Shown piece by piece: positions 1 to 12,600 of a DNA stretch of 64,000 nt (the first letter of the stretch is position 1; each line of letters opens with the position of its first letter). The notes under the pieces were generated by a model. That model saw only the letters and a program-made list of their open reading frames with translations. It was not told the origin of the DNA and ran no database searches. The stretch comes from Saccostrea cucullata (Eukaryota). Position numbers and translations under genes: made by a program. The DNA lies in assembly GCF_032062105.1 (NCBI RefSeq), contig NW_026938238.1, positions 62,001-126,000 of the forward strand, in the 5' to 3' direction.

Positions 1-193
1 CGGCCGTGGCCGTGTTTTTACTGTAATTATCGTGACAAAGCACCTGTAACCTGGCTTTTCTCACCTTTGGCTGTCTTCTACCCTTATTATTGATTCACTT
101 TAATTATTTGTTTTCACTGAACATCGTTTAAGGTCTATTATGATTTAATAAATTTGACAATCTTGTTAATTCTGCGAGAAGTCTTTTAAAAAT

Positions 194-787
194 TCTCGGG
201 AAAAGAAGACCGATGATATTGCCCGCGCGATTGTTGATATGGGTGTGTTTGATTACCTGCCAATACAAATGGTTGAAGACAAAGGCTTAAAAAAACTTAT
301 GTCCATCATTGCACCAAACTACAAAATACCGTCCCATAATACTAGAAAATCTATGTTCGAAAAGTGTACTAAAACCGTAAATCCGCTCTGTTAGGCGAAC
401 TTGATCAAGTTCAAGTTAAACTGTACGACTGATACCTGGACGTCAAACGCAACAAAGAGTTACATTACATATATACGGAGCAGATTAATTTTTGAAACAA
501 GAAATCTGTGAACTACTTATGATTTTATTTCTTGTGTTTATCTGATGAATAAATTGAACATAAACGATGTTATATTGAATTTCACCGGGCACGAAGTGCT
601 CATCGTTGTTACAACAGAAATACACTAACGGGTAAACCTCCTATCAAAGCATGTGGTTTTATTTCTACAAGAGTTTACAATGTTTACTTGTTCATATTTA
701 TTTACACTTTTACCGAGTACCCGGGTACTCGATCGGAAAAACGTCCGAGTAACCGAGTATTAAAAATTGACCGATTTGACATCCCTA
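194..787 (+). mobile_element. Degenerate hAT (ZBED1/Ac-like) transposon remnant with right terminal inverted repeat
   Basis: 194-470 translates to ...FDYLPIQMVEDKGLKKLMSIIAPNYKIPSHNT...*...CTTDTWTSNATKSYIT. This matches hAT transposase motifs (P..VE..GF..L...P.Y..PS; TTD.WTS) but contains a stop. The element ends in ttgacatcccta (reverse complement TAGGGATGTCAA), a typical hAT terminus, preceded by repeated ccgagta motifs. Confidence 0.7.
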
Positions 788-3700
788 TAAAATAATAATT
801 GTATCCATTGTCCTAGATTATTACATGTATGGATGATCTCTTTCCGGAGAATCTGATGTTGAATTTTATGCCTATTTTTAGTAATTATAGAATACTCTAT
901 GGGTGGCTACTATACTATTTCATGACAATTTCTTATTTAAGAAGTTATTTTTAAATTTTGTATCTTGATTACTATTTTTTATTTGACAGTTATTAGGGAT
1001 TGTAAGGTTTCGTTACTATTTGATCAAAATAATCTGATAGACTTTATTTTACAGAATGAAGCGTCCTTGATCATGACCTCTTTACCACGATAAGTGTCCA
1101 GAAGCTCAGGTCCAGTGATTTTTGCGGACTTTTGGGGTCTGAGTCAGTGGGATATAATTGGCATTTATAGACCATCAATGCTGATTTATATTGGATTATG
1201 TCACATATCTTTTACGGATTTGTCAATGGTAAACATGCTTTTGGAAATGATCAACTGAATAACTGAATTTGAAATGTGTGACTTACAATCAAACAAGAAA
1301 AACAAAGTGGCAGGTCTAATGGATTTAACATCATTAACAATGCCAGAACTTATAATTTAGTCACCTACATTTATATTCTGAAACCAAATTTCTTACAAAA
1401 ACTTATAGGATCAACATAACCAAGATCCAATATCAGTGGTTTTTAGAGGTACATCAATACCCATGATCCTGCTTGTATAGAGATACGATTATAGAAAGGG
1501 AAGGCTTTATACAAAAATTGTAAAATTAATAATTTTCGCTAATTTTAGCAATAAATATGTGACAAAACGATTCATTATTCTCAATATTTTTTCTCTATGA
1601 TATAGCAGTACTGATATGCTTGCTATCTATCATCGAATACAACCATCGAATACAACAGGGATATGTGTTTTGCCATGAAGTGTTTTCCTATAAACGTCAC
1701 AAAAGCGCAGTGTTGGTTGTCACGGCGTGTGATCCGGATTTAACGCTGGTCAGAGGCTTGATCACTGTATTGCAAGACTCTGCAGGGGATAGTACACACT
1801 GCATACAGGTGAGAACAAATCAGGAAAAAATATTTTTAAAAATCTACCTGTCATAGCAAGGGACTTAATTAATTTTACCTTCAAATATCTAAATTGGACA
1901 AAATATAAATCATTAAGATTTTTCTTTTAAACAACAAATTCTGTAAAATTATTTGATGTACAGTATAATACGCTTATGACAAACATAATTAATTGATGCT
2001 TACAGCAAAATTATTTACATTCCGATTGGATTTAATATTATACATTAAACGGATATAACGAAATACGTTTATAACGAACCAAACATCCTCCCTTGGGACT
2101 TCTTTATAAGTGTGTTTTACTGAAATTAAATCATAAAAGTTACATATATTTAATAAAAACAAAGCTGTAAGAGCAAATTCTGGACTGTTTTATGAGGAAA
2201 ATTTAATAGATGATTGAAACCTCTCCTATTTTAAATATTACAAAAATTTTAAAAAATAAGAAAGACCGATCGACACATACAATTTACAATTTTCAATTTC
2301 GGAGACAGTTATTAAATAAGTCAGATTCTTTTTTAGTTAAACCACGGCAGGGAATGGAACATGAATCTAAATATCATATATTTACATCAAAAATATAAAC
2401 GGGAAAAGGGGGTCCGATGGATTTTAATGTAAGGGGTCTTTTTAAATATACTAATTGTCCCACAAAAGTGAATTTCCCAAATGATCATAAAAAATTATGC
2501 TTTTCAAACTTCTTAATTTTAAAGAGTTTCCCCTTTTTCAATTTTAACACTTTTTTAGTTTACTCATCTGAGTACATGTAATAAGATACCAGTATAAAAC
2601 AGGCACGTAATTCGATTTTTGAAAGGGGGTGCCGTACAGAAAATAATTTAAAACTCAACTGAAAATCAGAAATAAGTCTCAATAATAATAGGAAAATATT
2701 CGGGGCGGGATGTGGATGGTGATTTCTACGAGAGGCGGATGCAGTAGGTTCTCAAAGGTTCTCAAAGAACATGTTCATCCTATGAACGATCGCATCCTAG
2801 ATTAACAGTAAAACGTAATGGAAAAAGTTGGAAAATCGATCCCGATAACGTGTCTGTAAGAAAAACTAAGAATTTATATATATATAATAAGTAGTTTTAT
2901 ATTCTTATAAAAAGGGTTGAAAAAGTTTGAAATGATAAATCTATTCATTTGGTTCAGGGGAAAATGTGGAGATATATGAACGCAAACTGCGCAACACCAG
3001 ATGGTGCATATGTCATCTGTTATGCAATAATAACCATAGGGTGTGATTAAAAATATAAATGATAATAGTGACTTAATTCTATAATTTTCATGATTCTTCA
3101 ACATCAGTTCGTGTCTGACAGGTGCCTGTTACACTATACATGCCTCATTTCCAGTTCTTCAACGACAAAGATACCACATTCTTTACTGTGCATATTAAAG
3201 ATATATACAATATGCAGCTCCTCTGAAGTATTTTTTTTTAAAAAGCCTTGAAGAGATAGGAATTGAAATGTTGAAAATGAAAAAAAAGAAATTATCACAA
3301 TCTTAGCATTTCAAAGGAAGGCTCTCTAATGAGAAATTTCAAAAAAGCCAAAAATGGGGGGGGGGGGGGGGGGGGGGGGGTAAACTGCATGGCCAATCTC
3401 GAATGAGATCTATCTCTTACTTTTCAGTATTTGCCTCGAGACCAATTTTACTTACAACAACAAAAAGTGGGGGATGTCAAGCAGGGTCAATGAATACATA
3501 AATTACATACAGGTATATCAAAACGAGCAACCCAATCGGATATAACCCCCCCTCTCGCGCATAACTGGTCTGACTAAATTATCTATTAATGTAGCATATA
3601 TTATAGGGCATAGTTAACAGTCAAATCGAGACCATGAACTTGCTCGCTTATAATTTGCTTCTGATTAACCTTTATATTTCGTCCTTGATAAACCTTTAAA

Positions 3701-4715
3701 TATATTTTCTCACAGACTTGGTCGGCGTTTCGTGATTTTCGGGAAGAGTTGATCATGCACGGTTGGTCCTCCCACTCTGCGGAGGCGACATGAAAAGAGT
3801 CTTCTAGACATTTAGCACTAAATTACAGCTATTTTATTTCTAAAAAAATCCTAAAATATCGCTAAAACCTTCATTAGTTTTTCCCTATACTTATACACTT
3901 ACTGGCACGATAATGATCGACTGTTTTATACAAAGAATGTAAGTCGTATTGTGGTTTATGGTTATTTCTACTTGTCTGTTTTAGCTTTTTAAGTACAAAA
4001 AATGCGTTGGTAGAAATAACACATATATTGTTATCAGTAGAGAAGATATTTTATTTCAGATACATATATAATGAAATCACCCCACTATATAATTTATACC
4101 TCGTCGTTATTATACATAAACTGGGATGGCAATTTGATATTAAGCCCATGTCACTCTATCGGACAATCAAACACTGCATTTGATTTATTATATTAGATTT
4201 AATCAGGTTGAGTAATTGTCCCTTGATCAGTGAATGATGGATTTTATAATATAAATTCAAAAGTGCCGTAGTTTTTCATTTTTATATTAGTATAGGAATG
4301 CACCAAGGTTACCCATTGTTTGCAGTTTCCTTCATAATGCATATGCATGATTCTACATTAATTAAACTTGGGCATAGCATTTTTCCAACAACTTTATAAT
4401 ATATTTATGTGCAAATGTGTCTGCACAGTTCGCGATCACCGATAAAATACACAGGCCTCGTGTTTACCGACTATTTTCCGCCAGAAAGAGCGTGTGCTTA
4501 CTCCCGCTTACTGGCAGACTCGACACGTTCATGAGCGTTTTATGGCTTAACTAGGCCGTTACCCAAGATTGTGTTCTAACAATATTTCCTATATTTAGAT
4601 TTACAACACATGTCCGCAATTATTTTAAAATACAGTTTTTAGCAGTCCCTAATTGATTTATATAGCCGGAGTGTGACACTATATGCATTTGTTATCTCTA
4701 CTTTCAGGGGAGAAG

Positions 4716-6127
4716 ATGTCGTTTTCCTTGATATTTACTCTGATTGCACTTCCCCTGTTTTACACACAAGGTGAATATAGAGAAGTATGGTGAGAAATTG
4801 AGGTTGATGCTTATAAAATGCAAAAAAATATTCAACTTGCCAAAAATATTTATTCATAATTATTTTTCCTTTTTAGTCAATGCAGATTGTAGGGGGAAAG
4901 CTGATATTATAATAGCAGTTCCAGGCTCTGTGAATATTCCTGGAGAAGAATTTTTCCCTTTTGAAACATTTTTACACATGCTTGTGGACTATTTTGTGTT
5001 AGATGAGAATAACGTTAATATTGGTTTCGTGTTGTACGGAAATGAACCAACAATTGTGAGTCATCCTCAGCCTTTCAAAGACCAGGCTCAGACAAATACG
5101 AGAGCCACTCTTCTCACTCAGAGGGAAAACTACATGAACGTTATCGGCTCTCCACCAAATGTTGCCAAAGCTTTGACTTTAATGCGTGCCATGTTTCAAA
5201 ACCCCAGTGGTTACCCTATGGAACGACCTCGCCCTGGTGTAATGAAAATTGGAGTTATTTTTACGTGGGGTGCACAGCCTGTTGAAGCTTTCGATGACGT
5301 GATCAGGGTTGCTGATGATCTTCGAATGGATGGTGTCACTATGTACGCCGTAGGAAGAAGTCCGATTGGTCCCGAGTTTGCTAGACTAGCCACAGACGAA
5401 TGCAAGCTTTTTAGCATGGGGAATTTCCAGGAAGGTCTGCCCAGTGTGCTTCCATACCTTGGAAGCAGCATCTGTACACGTAAGTGGTCACGTGCTTAAA
5501 TTAAAATATGAAAAAAAAAGAATTCACTCTTCCGAATGGTGAAATCCTGTATGGATTACTTACTAATTCAGATACCCTTCATCTTTCAGATATGGATCCA
5601 ATGATTAATGCATCTTCCATCAACTGTTTTCCTAGTAAGTATATACAATTATACTTAAGAAATTTTTAGAAAAAAAAATACTCAATATAATATAATTTCA
5701 TGCCAAAATGGGTATAGTTGTATTCAGTTGATAACTGAGGAATGCGTGATGTCTTACAGAGTTTTGGAAGCCAAGTCCAAATCCCCCTATCATCTGCCCC
5801 TCTATGAGTGAGATTTTCCAGGATCCCTACAATTGTGCCTACTACTACAAGTGCGACCTGAGTGTTGCCAGGAGAGAGCGATGTCCTTCCAATATGTTGT
5901 TTGACAACTTCATTCGCACCTGTAACTACAAGGACGCAGTCACGTGCTACTCCAGGATGACGTGCCCGGAACCTAACGGACTTTTCCCTCATCCTGAATC
6001 CTGTAACAAATTTATGAACTGCTTTAATGGAATTCCGTACGTCCAAGAATGTCCTCCAAATCTCTATTTCAATGAAAGAACCAAACTTTGTGATGACAGA
6101 CAAAATGTGCAGTGCCGTTTACAATAA
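4716..6127 (+). CDS. Secreted VWA-domain + two chitin-binding type-2 (peritrophin-A) domain protein, Pif97/BMSP-like matrix protein, ~356 aa
   Basis: Exons 4716-4770, 4877-5479, 5590-5634, 5760-6127. All introns are GT-AG, phases are consistent, total 1071 nt. Signal peptide MSFSLIFTLIALPLFYTQVNA. VWA fold: C-x3-ADIII..., IGFVLYG, RPGVMKIGVIFTWG, GVTMYAVG. Two 6-Cys CBM14 repeats: DPYNCAYYYKC...CPSNMLFD and HPESCNKFMNC...CPPNLYFN. Confidence 0.88.
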
Positions 6128-6596
6128 ATTATGTCTCAAGACTTTCACTACAAGGTGAAATATTTAATCCCATATCAACTCAAAGTTGTTCCCAGTGCTT
6201 ATCTACCGCAGGTCGTTTATATATCTAAGGGTCAAAAGTATATCAATAATTTAAAGAAACCTTTATTGTATGCAAAATTAGAAAAGCGACGTAAAGCATG
6301 CTTTCCCTATTTTAATCAAAGGAAAATTAAAGGACCGATGACAAATACATGTACAGTGTAATAAGAAATACATTGTACATTTACTTTCATTTTATCGTTG
6401 ATATTAAACATAATTATTTAATAAATGTTTATTTTTGTCATCTGTATATTTTTTTCGTTCATCTTATTGATTGTTATTTCATATTGTTGTGTTCTTGTAC
6501 ATTACATGTTAAGTACTTTTCATAATAAAACTGTAAACAATGCAGAGTTTGTCTCAAAGTTCGATTCTTCACTTATAACAGGAAAATAAACTAGAG

Positions 6597-7424
6597 TTAT
6601 AGCTTCCTTTTCTTTAGACTGGGACGCCCGATCTGTGCCACCGTATTGTCGGGGCGTGTTCGAAGTCTTTCCTCTAACGTCTGTATGATCTGCTGTAATC
6701 GCCTCATCTCGCCATCGTACTCCTGTTTTAGGTTAAGGAACTTCATTCGGAAGATCTCCTGATTGTTTGTACAGCTTGGTTTTGTCTGTTGCTGTTGGAG
6801 ACGTTGTTTAAGATTTGATATTTTATCTTCCCATTCCATTGTTAGACGCGTCACTTCCCCATTATGATCCGCCTCTCGTTTCTTCAAAACTTTATCCAGG
6901 TCTTCCAGTTCTAGGACTTTCTTTTGAATCATTTCCTCATAATGTTTGGTGGTATTTTCTAGTGTCTCGGACAATTCCTTTCGTAAAGCTTCCGACTGAT
7001 TTTTGTAATCCTGGTGCAATGACTTTTCTTTCTCGTTATAAGTTTCCTTTAATTGTTTAATCTCCTCTAGGATACGTGAGTTCTCTTCGTCTTTTGTTTT
7101 GATTTTCTCCCTCAGAGCTACGCTTTCCTCCTCTAAGTCACAATACAGGTACATTTTACAGTACAGACCATTCAGCGAGTCCTGCATTTTCTGGTTTTCG
7201 GTCGTCAGACTCTTTATCTTCTCGTTCAGATTCCTGTTGGCTGTCTTCTGGAGATCCAGTTCGTTTGTAAGCTCCGTGTTTGTGTTCAGCAAAGATAGAG
7301 TGGAGCTGTACCATTTGTCAAAAGAGGAAGAAAACTTTAGTAAATCAACATTTCCCAAGGATGATTTATTTTCATCCTGTTGTTGATGGTCATCTCTGGC
7401 TTTTGAATGGTCATTTACATCCAT
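6597..7424 (-). CDS. CCDC152: Coiled-coil domain-containing protein 152, single coding exon, 275 aa
   Basis: Long coiled-coil ORF. The motifs VDLLKFSSSF, KKVLELEDL, RLTMEWEDKI, QEIFRMKF...EMRRLQQIIQTLEERL and C-terminal LKKRKL parallel vertebrate CCDC152 as I recall it (VNLDKLINDF...QSIYRRKL...LEQRL...LKRRRF). A splice acceptor (ctatcatttag) lies 4 nt upstream of the ATG. Confidence 0.75.
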   Translation of the reverse strand: MDVNDHSKARDDHQQQDENKSSLGNVDLLKFSSSFDKWYSSTLSLLNTNTELTNELDLQKTANRNLNEKIKSLTTENQKMQDSLNGLYCKMYLYCDLEEESVALREKIKTKDEENSRILEEIKQLKETYNEKEKSLHQDYKNQSEALRKELSETLENTTKHYEEMIQKKVLELEDLDKVLKKREADHNGEVTRLTMEWEDKISNLKQRLQQQQTKPSCTNNQEIFRMKFLNLKQEYDGEMRRLQQIIQTLEERLRTRPDNTVAQIGRPSLKKRKL

Positions 7425-7699
7425 GTTTCTAAATGATAGAGAAAAGAATTATTACAAAATCTTTTTTAATGCAACGTTGAAACAAATGTTTCCGATCCAA
7501 CCTTATAATATTAATAGAACAGATAACTGCAGTATTGGTTAATCTCAACAAAGTTGTCTGACGTTTGATTCTCTATCATAAAAGCAGTTATTGCAGTGTC
7601 AACTGCTCATTTTCTAAGATCAGCATATGCTTACTTTCTTAGATCTCTTTGTTTTATATCAATAAAATATATGGAGTTAACAAACAGTATTCAAGCTCA

Positions 7700-8340
7700 A
7701 AAGTCCATTAAATAATACAAAATTGGAGCAGAGCAACAAGGACCTCCAAAACATCAAAGGTCGAATCATGTGTCATGGAAGTGTAAGCATTCCTTGTAGA
7801 CCGGTCACGCCCGTCGTGTGCTCCTTGTCATGATTGGGAAACGGAGGAAAATCTGTCGACAGTAATGGTCAAACTGTTTGTATGAAAAACGTCAATCAGC
7901 ATTTGACTCAATGAAAATTTGTATTTGCTGATAAGATCATTGTATCGACCAGAGAACTTACGAAATAATGACATTAAACGAGACTGCTGATATTCTTGCA
8001 TGTTTCATCTACTTGTTTGTCAAGTAATTTACCTCGTTTTAGAAATTGCACATAGAGCATGCTCTTGCGTATGGAATCAACTGTGAGATATAAACCCCCT
8101 ATGCAGGTGTTGAAGGTATCACTGCTGCGTTAGAAAAAGAAGTTGACGATTGAAAAGTTAAAGTCATCATGTTTATCACAAAGCTTGGTTTTTTTAAGCC
8201 ATGTCTTTTTTGTAATATATGTAAATATAAAACAGATGTATCAGAATCTGTGGTATCTTCTATTTCAAGCTGCCTGTAATTTATCGTGACACAGGAATGG
8301 AAATAACTATTGACAATACGTCAATACAATCACATGAACT
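7700..8340 (-). mobile_element. Degenerate Penelope-like retroelement 3' fragment
   Basis: Contains gtaagcattccttgtagaccggtcacgcccgtcgtgtgctcc and decayed RT C-terminal coding (EIEDTTDSDT...; NFSIVNF). Same family as 59440-60260, 8690-8772 and 52890-53100. Confidence 0.55.
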
Positions 8341-9648
8341 TGAAATCAGGGGGTTATAGTATAAAAGGGGAGTATTACACTATATACCCGATTTTCCTAA
8401 GATTGTCTCAAGTCCCTGTGAATACAATTGACTGATGAATGCCCCCAGCTCATTCAGGTTGGTAGTGGGGGGGGGGAGGAGGGGGTGTTTCCAAACAAAA
8501 CTTTATATTGAAAATATGCATTGAAAGGTGCTTCGCCCCCTTTTTTTACAGTATAGAGTCAAATCAGAATAACGTGATAAAATAAAATTTGCTTATAAAT
8601 TATATACTAGCATTAAAGTGAAAAAATATAAAGATATAAAAACTATAAAGTGTAAACAACTCAAATTTATGATCTGTGAAGAGGGCATTAAACATGGACC
8701 ATACCCCTGGAAATTCTAGAGGTAGGATCAGGTGACTAGGAGGAGTAAGCATCCCCTGTTGACCGGTCACACTTGAACTTAAACGTGGTTGGAACCTTAC
8801 ACCCCCTCCCCACAAAGTTTTTTCTGCTAAGTTTTTATTTTCTCTGGCTTCCCCTTTTCAACAACGATACTAAGCACCTGTAATTGATGCTTCTCTATAG
8901 AAGAAGAACTCTGTATTATATGCCTATCAAATGTTTGTTAGAGGTCAAACAGCAACAGCCTGAACAGGTTTTCCCCTACTTGTTGAAGATGTTCCTATCT
9001 TGTAGGCCTTCATAGTTCATACACTGCATTAAGCAATAATAATAGAGGTGTGATCATAATGGTTTGGGCTGCAGATATAGGCCTGGGTAGATTAGCTGGT
9101 GGAGCACCTGACTAGTGCAGCATGTATACGGTACCATAATGCCCATATTGTCCCATAGCCTAAAACGTTAGGTTTTTCCCTTTCATGTTACACAGGTACC
9201 GAGGATAACATGCAAGGGGGCTGGTAATTGGGGGTATATATTATTTTGATACACACCACAATATACATACACTCATTCCGCTGTTGGAAAGTAATTTTTC
9301 CTCGTCACATCAAAATGTCAACAAATGCAGACGACATATCAATCATAGTCAATGCGGCACATATTTACTCGATTGCTTTTTAAAGTTAAATTATGGATGT
9401 ATTGTATTTTAAAAATTTAAAAATTTGATTTTTAATTTGGAAAGGAAATCTGCAATAGTATTTACAGAGTTCCGATGTTTTCTTTAATATTCATGAAAAA
9501 TTTGATTGAATGTTCCTACTCCGAATAATTTAGATACAACTTATCAAATGAAGGATATAACGTGGCGAAACCACAACAAACTGAAAAGACTAAGAAAATA
9601 CTGAATGCATGTAATGTAATAACTTTATGCGTGGTAGGGCAGTTAAGT

Positions 9649-12600
9649 ATGGTTTGTAAAGAAATTTACGGCTCATCTACGGTCTGCAAAAAATATGTCA
9701 AGACACAAAAAGATGGATTGCTGGCAGTCGATCTCTCACCAAAATGGACCTCCCTTACACAGTTTTTCATGGTATAGCTCCACAAAGGAATAAACAGGAT
9801 CATACAATAAATGTTTTAATTTGAAAATTGATTTAAGTATTCTTACTATTTATTAGATCAAGAGTGAGTGCATGTAATTGAATGCATTAATTGCATAAAT
9901 TTCACCAATAATTTCTGTTCACAAAAATTTATTTTTAGTCCTCTGACATCTTGGGAAATAAGACAGGTGATATTTTTGGAAAATAAACAAAAAGTATAAA
10001 CCTCTTCATATTTAGTGATATATACAAATTGAATGCTTTTTTAATCAAAATAATTTTTATGATATTTTTTAGAGCTTCCTTAAGATATTATTTCCAAAAT
10101 AAATCATTATATATCCAATATAAGGCAATTGAACATATTTTTCCTAAGCATTTATGTAAGATCATGTGAGATTTTATTTCCAGAAAAAGTTTTTTTTTTT
10201 TTTTTATGAAATAAATAGAGTTTTCAAAATCTTTTTTTCAGGTTGTGTTTCTGCCCCAGGGTTACCCAGAGAGTGTTAGTTCTGATTACCTCCAGTATCA
10301 AGTATGGGACACCATTCAGGTGGGTACTACCCAATCCACAACATAAAATATATAATATAAACACGTGGCTGTCCCTATGAAAGGAAGTAGCAATTAACAT
10401 TTAAAAAAATAGAAGGGTTCTGTGGTAATTAAGGGGTTGAGGGGGAAACCAGAACAACCTTGGAATAATGTTCATATGGGCATGGAAATTCCCCAGCCTG
10501 ATGGCTTTTGAGAGAAACCTTGTAAAAGTAATGTTTTGGTAAAAAAAAATCATCACTTTAAAATTTTCCATGCTGTTCTCACAATAAAAAGGATTCTAAT
10601 CAATTTTGTGTTATTTTTGTAGGCCTTTGCCAGCAGTATAACAGGTGCTCTAGCTGCCCAGGCCATGCTGAAAGGGGTGGGTGTCGGGGACGAGAGTGCT
10701 ACAGTCATGGCAGCAACAATTACCTGGATACTCAAAGGTAAACTTACATGTAGCTCCAGTGATAATTAGAAAACTGAAATTTAATTATTTTTACATTATT
10801 TAAAATCAGTGAGGTGGTAAACTTTCAAATCGAATAAATGTGCTTTGTATTTTTTTTATGTGTAGATGGGACTGGTATGCTTGGAAGAATAATGTTTGCT
10901 TGGATACAAGGGTAAGACACTGACATGATATCTGAGATAAACACGATTCATGGAAATAAATTGATTCTTCATTTTTGATAATGTATATGAACCTGAAGTG
11001 TGTATAATTCATGTTAGATATATGTACTTAGGACATAGTTATGTGAGATTATGTTTTAAATCATGCTTATGATGTCACCTTTTTCAATCTAGGACCAGTT
11101 TGGATTGTGATGCGAAAAGATGGAGGTATGAAAATTTAAATAGCACACCATAATTTAACATACTGTATAATATGTAAACAATGAAAAATAATTTTAAAAA
11201 AGGTTGAGAGATATTTTAACCAACTTTTCTTACTTAAAAGTAATTAATTTTCAGATTATTTGCAGATATACTGAATGATTTAGCCATTTTCATGGAAATC
11301 ATGGCTCCAAATTTCAAAACCTACTTCACACCAATAGTTTGTACAGCTGGGGTTTGCAAGGTAAACAATAAACGTCTTAAGAAATATTCAAAACTAGGAG
11401 AATATTTTGCATATTTTTGCTAGAACATTAAGTAGATGAGTTAATTTTATCAACACTTTTTAAATGTCTTAAATAATAATTTTACACATATATAAAATGT
11501 TTGTTAATAATTTTTATATGACTTAATTCTTGAGGGCCAGTACGTCTATGAAGAAAATCTATTGCAAAAAAAAATACTATATGGTGTGATACACAAAATG
11601 TTTTATATGTGATAACCTGTCCAGGATGTAGTGAATATTACGTAGATAAAGCAAAGTTATCTTGGATCCCACAAGCTATATAAATTTAACAAATTCCTTA
11701 TGAACAGATGTAACGAATTACGGATATAGTCAAGAAATAATTTCACAGAAAAACATTTGAATGTCATTATAACCGCTTAACAATTTTACTGTATCACACT
11801 TGCTTATTAACAAGACGCCAAATTTTTGTAGTCAATTGTGGGAGTGGCAGGAGGAGCCACCAGGGCGGCGCTCACTCAGCACCAGGCTCGCAGAAACAAT
11901 ATGGCTGACGTGTCGGCCAAAGATGGAAGTCAGGTATTAAAGCTAGCCAACATCAATTCAGCCTGACAATTCTATTAGTTGGCAAGATTTCTGATTTGGT
12001 CTCTTTAAATTTGAGGAGAAACTAGTGAAGTTAGGTTACAATGTAAATGCATTCTCACATTCTTTAATTTCAGGAAACTCTTGTAAATCTGGCTGCACTC
12101 AAATACCTACTTCACACCAATAGTTTGTCCCCCTGGTGTCTGGAAATATTCAAAAAGAAGTGTTTGTGATTTTTGCTTTCTTAGGAAAAACTATTTCTAT
12201 GAACTAAAATACATATTATATGAATATACCAAGTATTATTATTGTCCTGTTCCAGCTGTCTCATTTCAAGCCATTAAATCTCTCTTTCACGAGTTGGGAG
12301 TTATAATACTGTCGCGAGATAGTCATTGACTCTTTATTGGCGAGACTTAATTTTCACGAATTGTTGTTTTTCCTCTATATAAACGCAATGTAAATGCATT
12401 CTCACATTCTTTAATTTAAACGCTGCACTTATATGAAATTTTCGAAAAGAAGCTCATTGACTTAATGCGTAATTAAATAAAAGTTACATCTGTCTCATTT
12501 CAAGCAATTAAATCTTTATTTTAGGGGTTGGGGTGTGTAACGTATAACATTCAATTTCAGGACCATATGGACCTTGTTTGTGCTTTTTACAATGCTACAT

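Noticed and set aside
3356-3380. Long poly-G run as a functional G-quadruplex (also 28063-28085 and 40806-40834)
   Set aside because: Homopolymers are common in this genome type, often lie in repeat remnants, and have unreliable assembled length.
4744-4876. N-terminus of the 251-aa ORF in the track
   Set aside because: This is intronic read-through. The real start is the signal-peptide exon at 4716, spliced to 4877.
5666-7386. ORFs 5666-6103(-), 6815-7060(+) and 7099-7386(+)
   Set aside because: Antisense shadows of real coding exons with no independent features.
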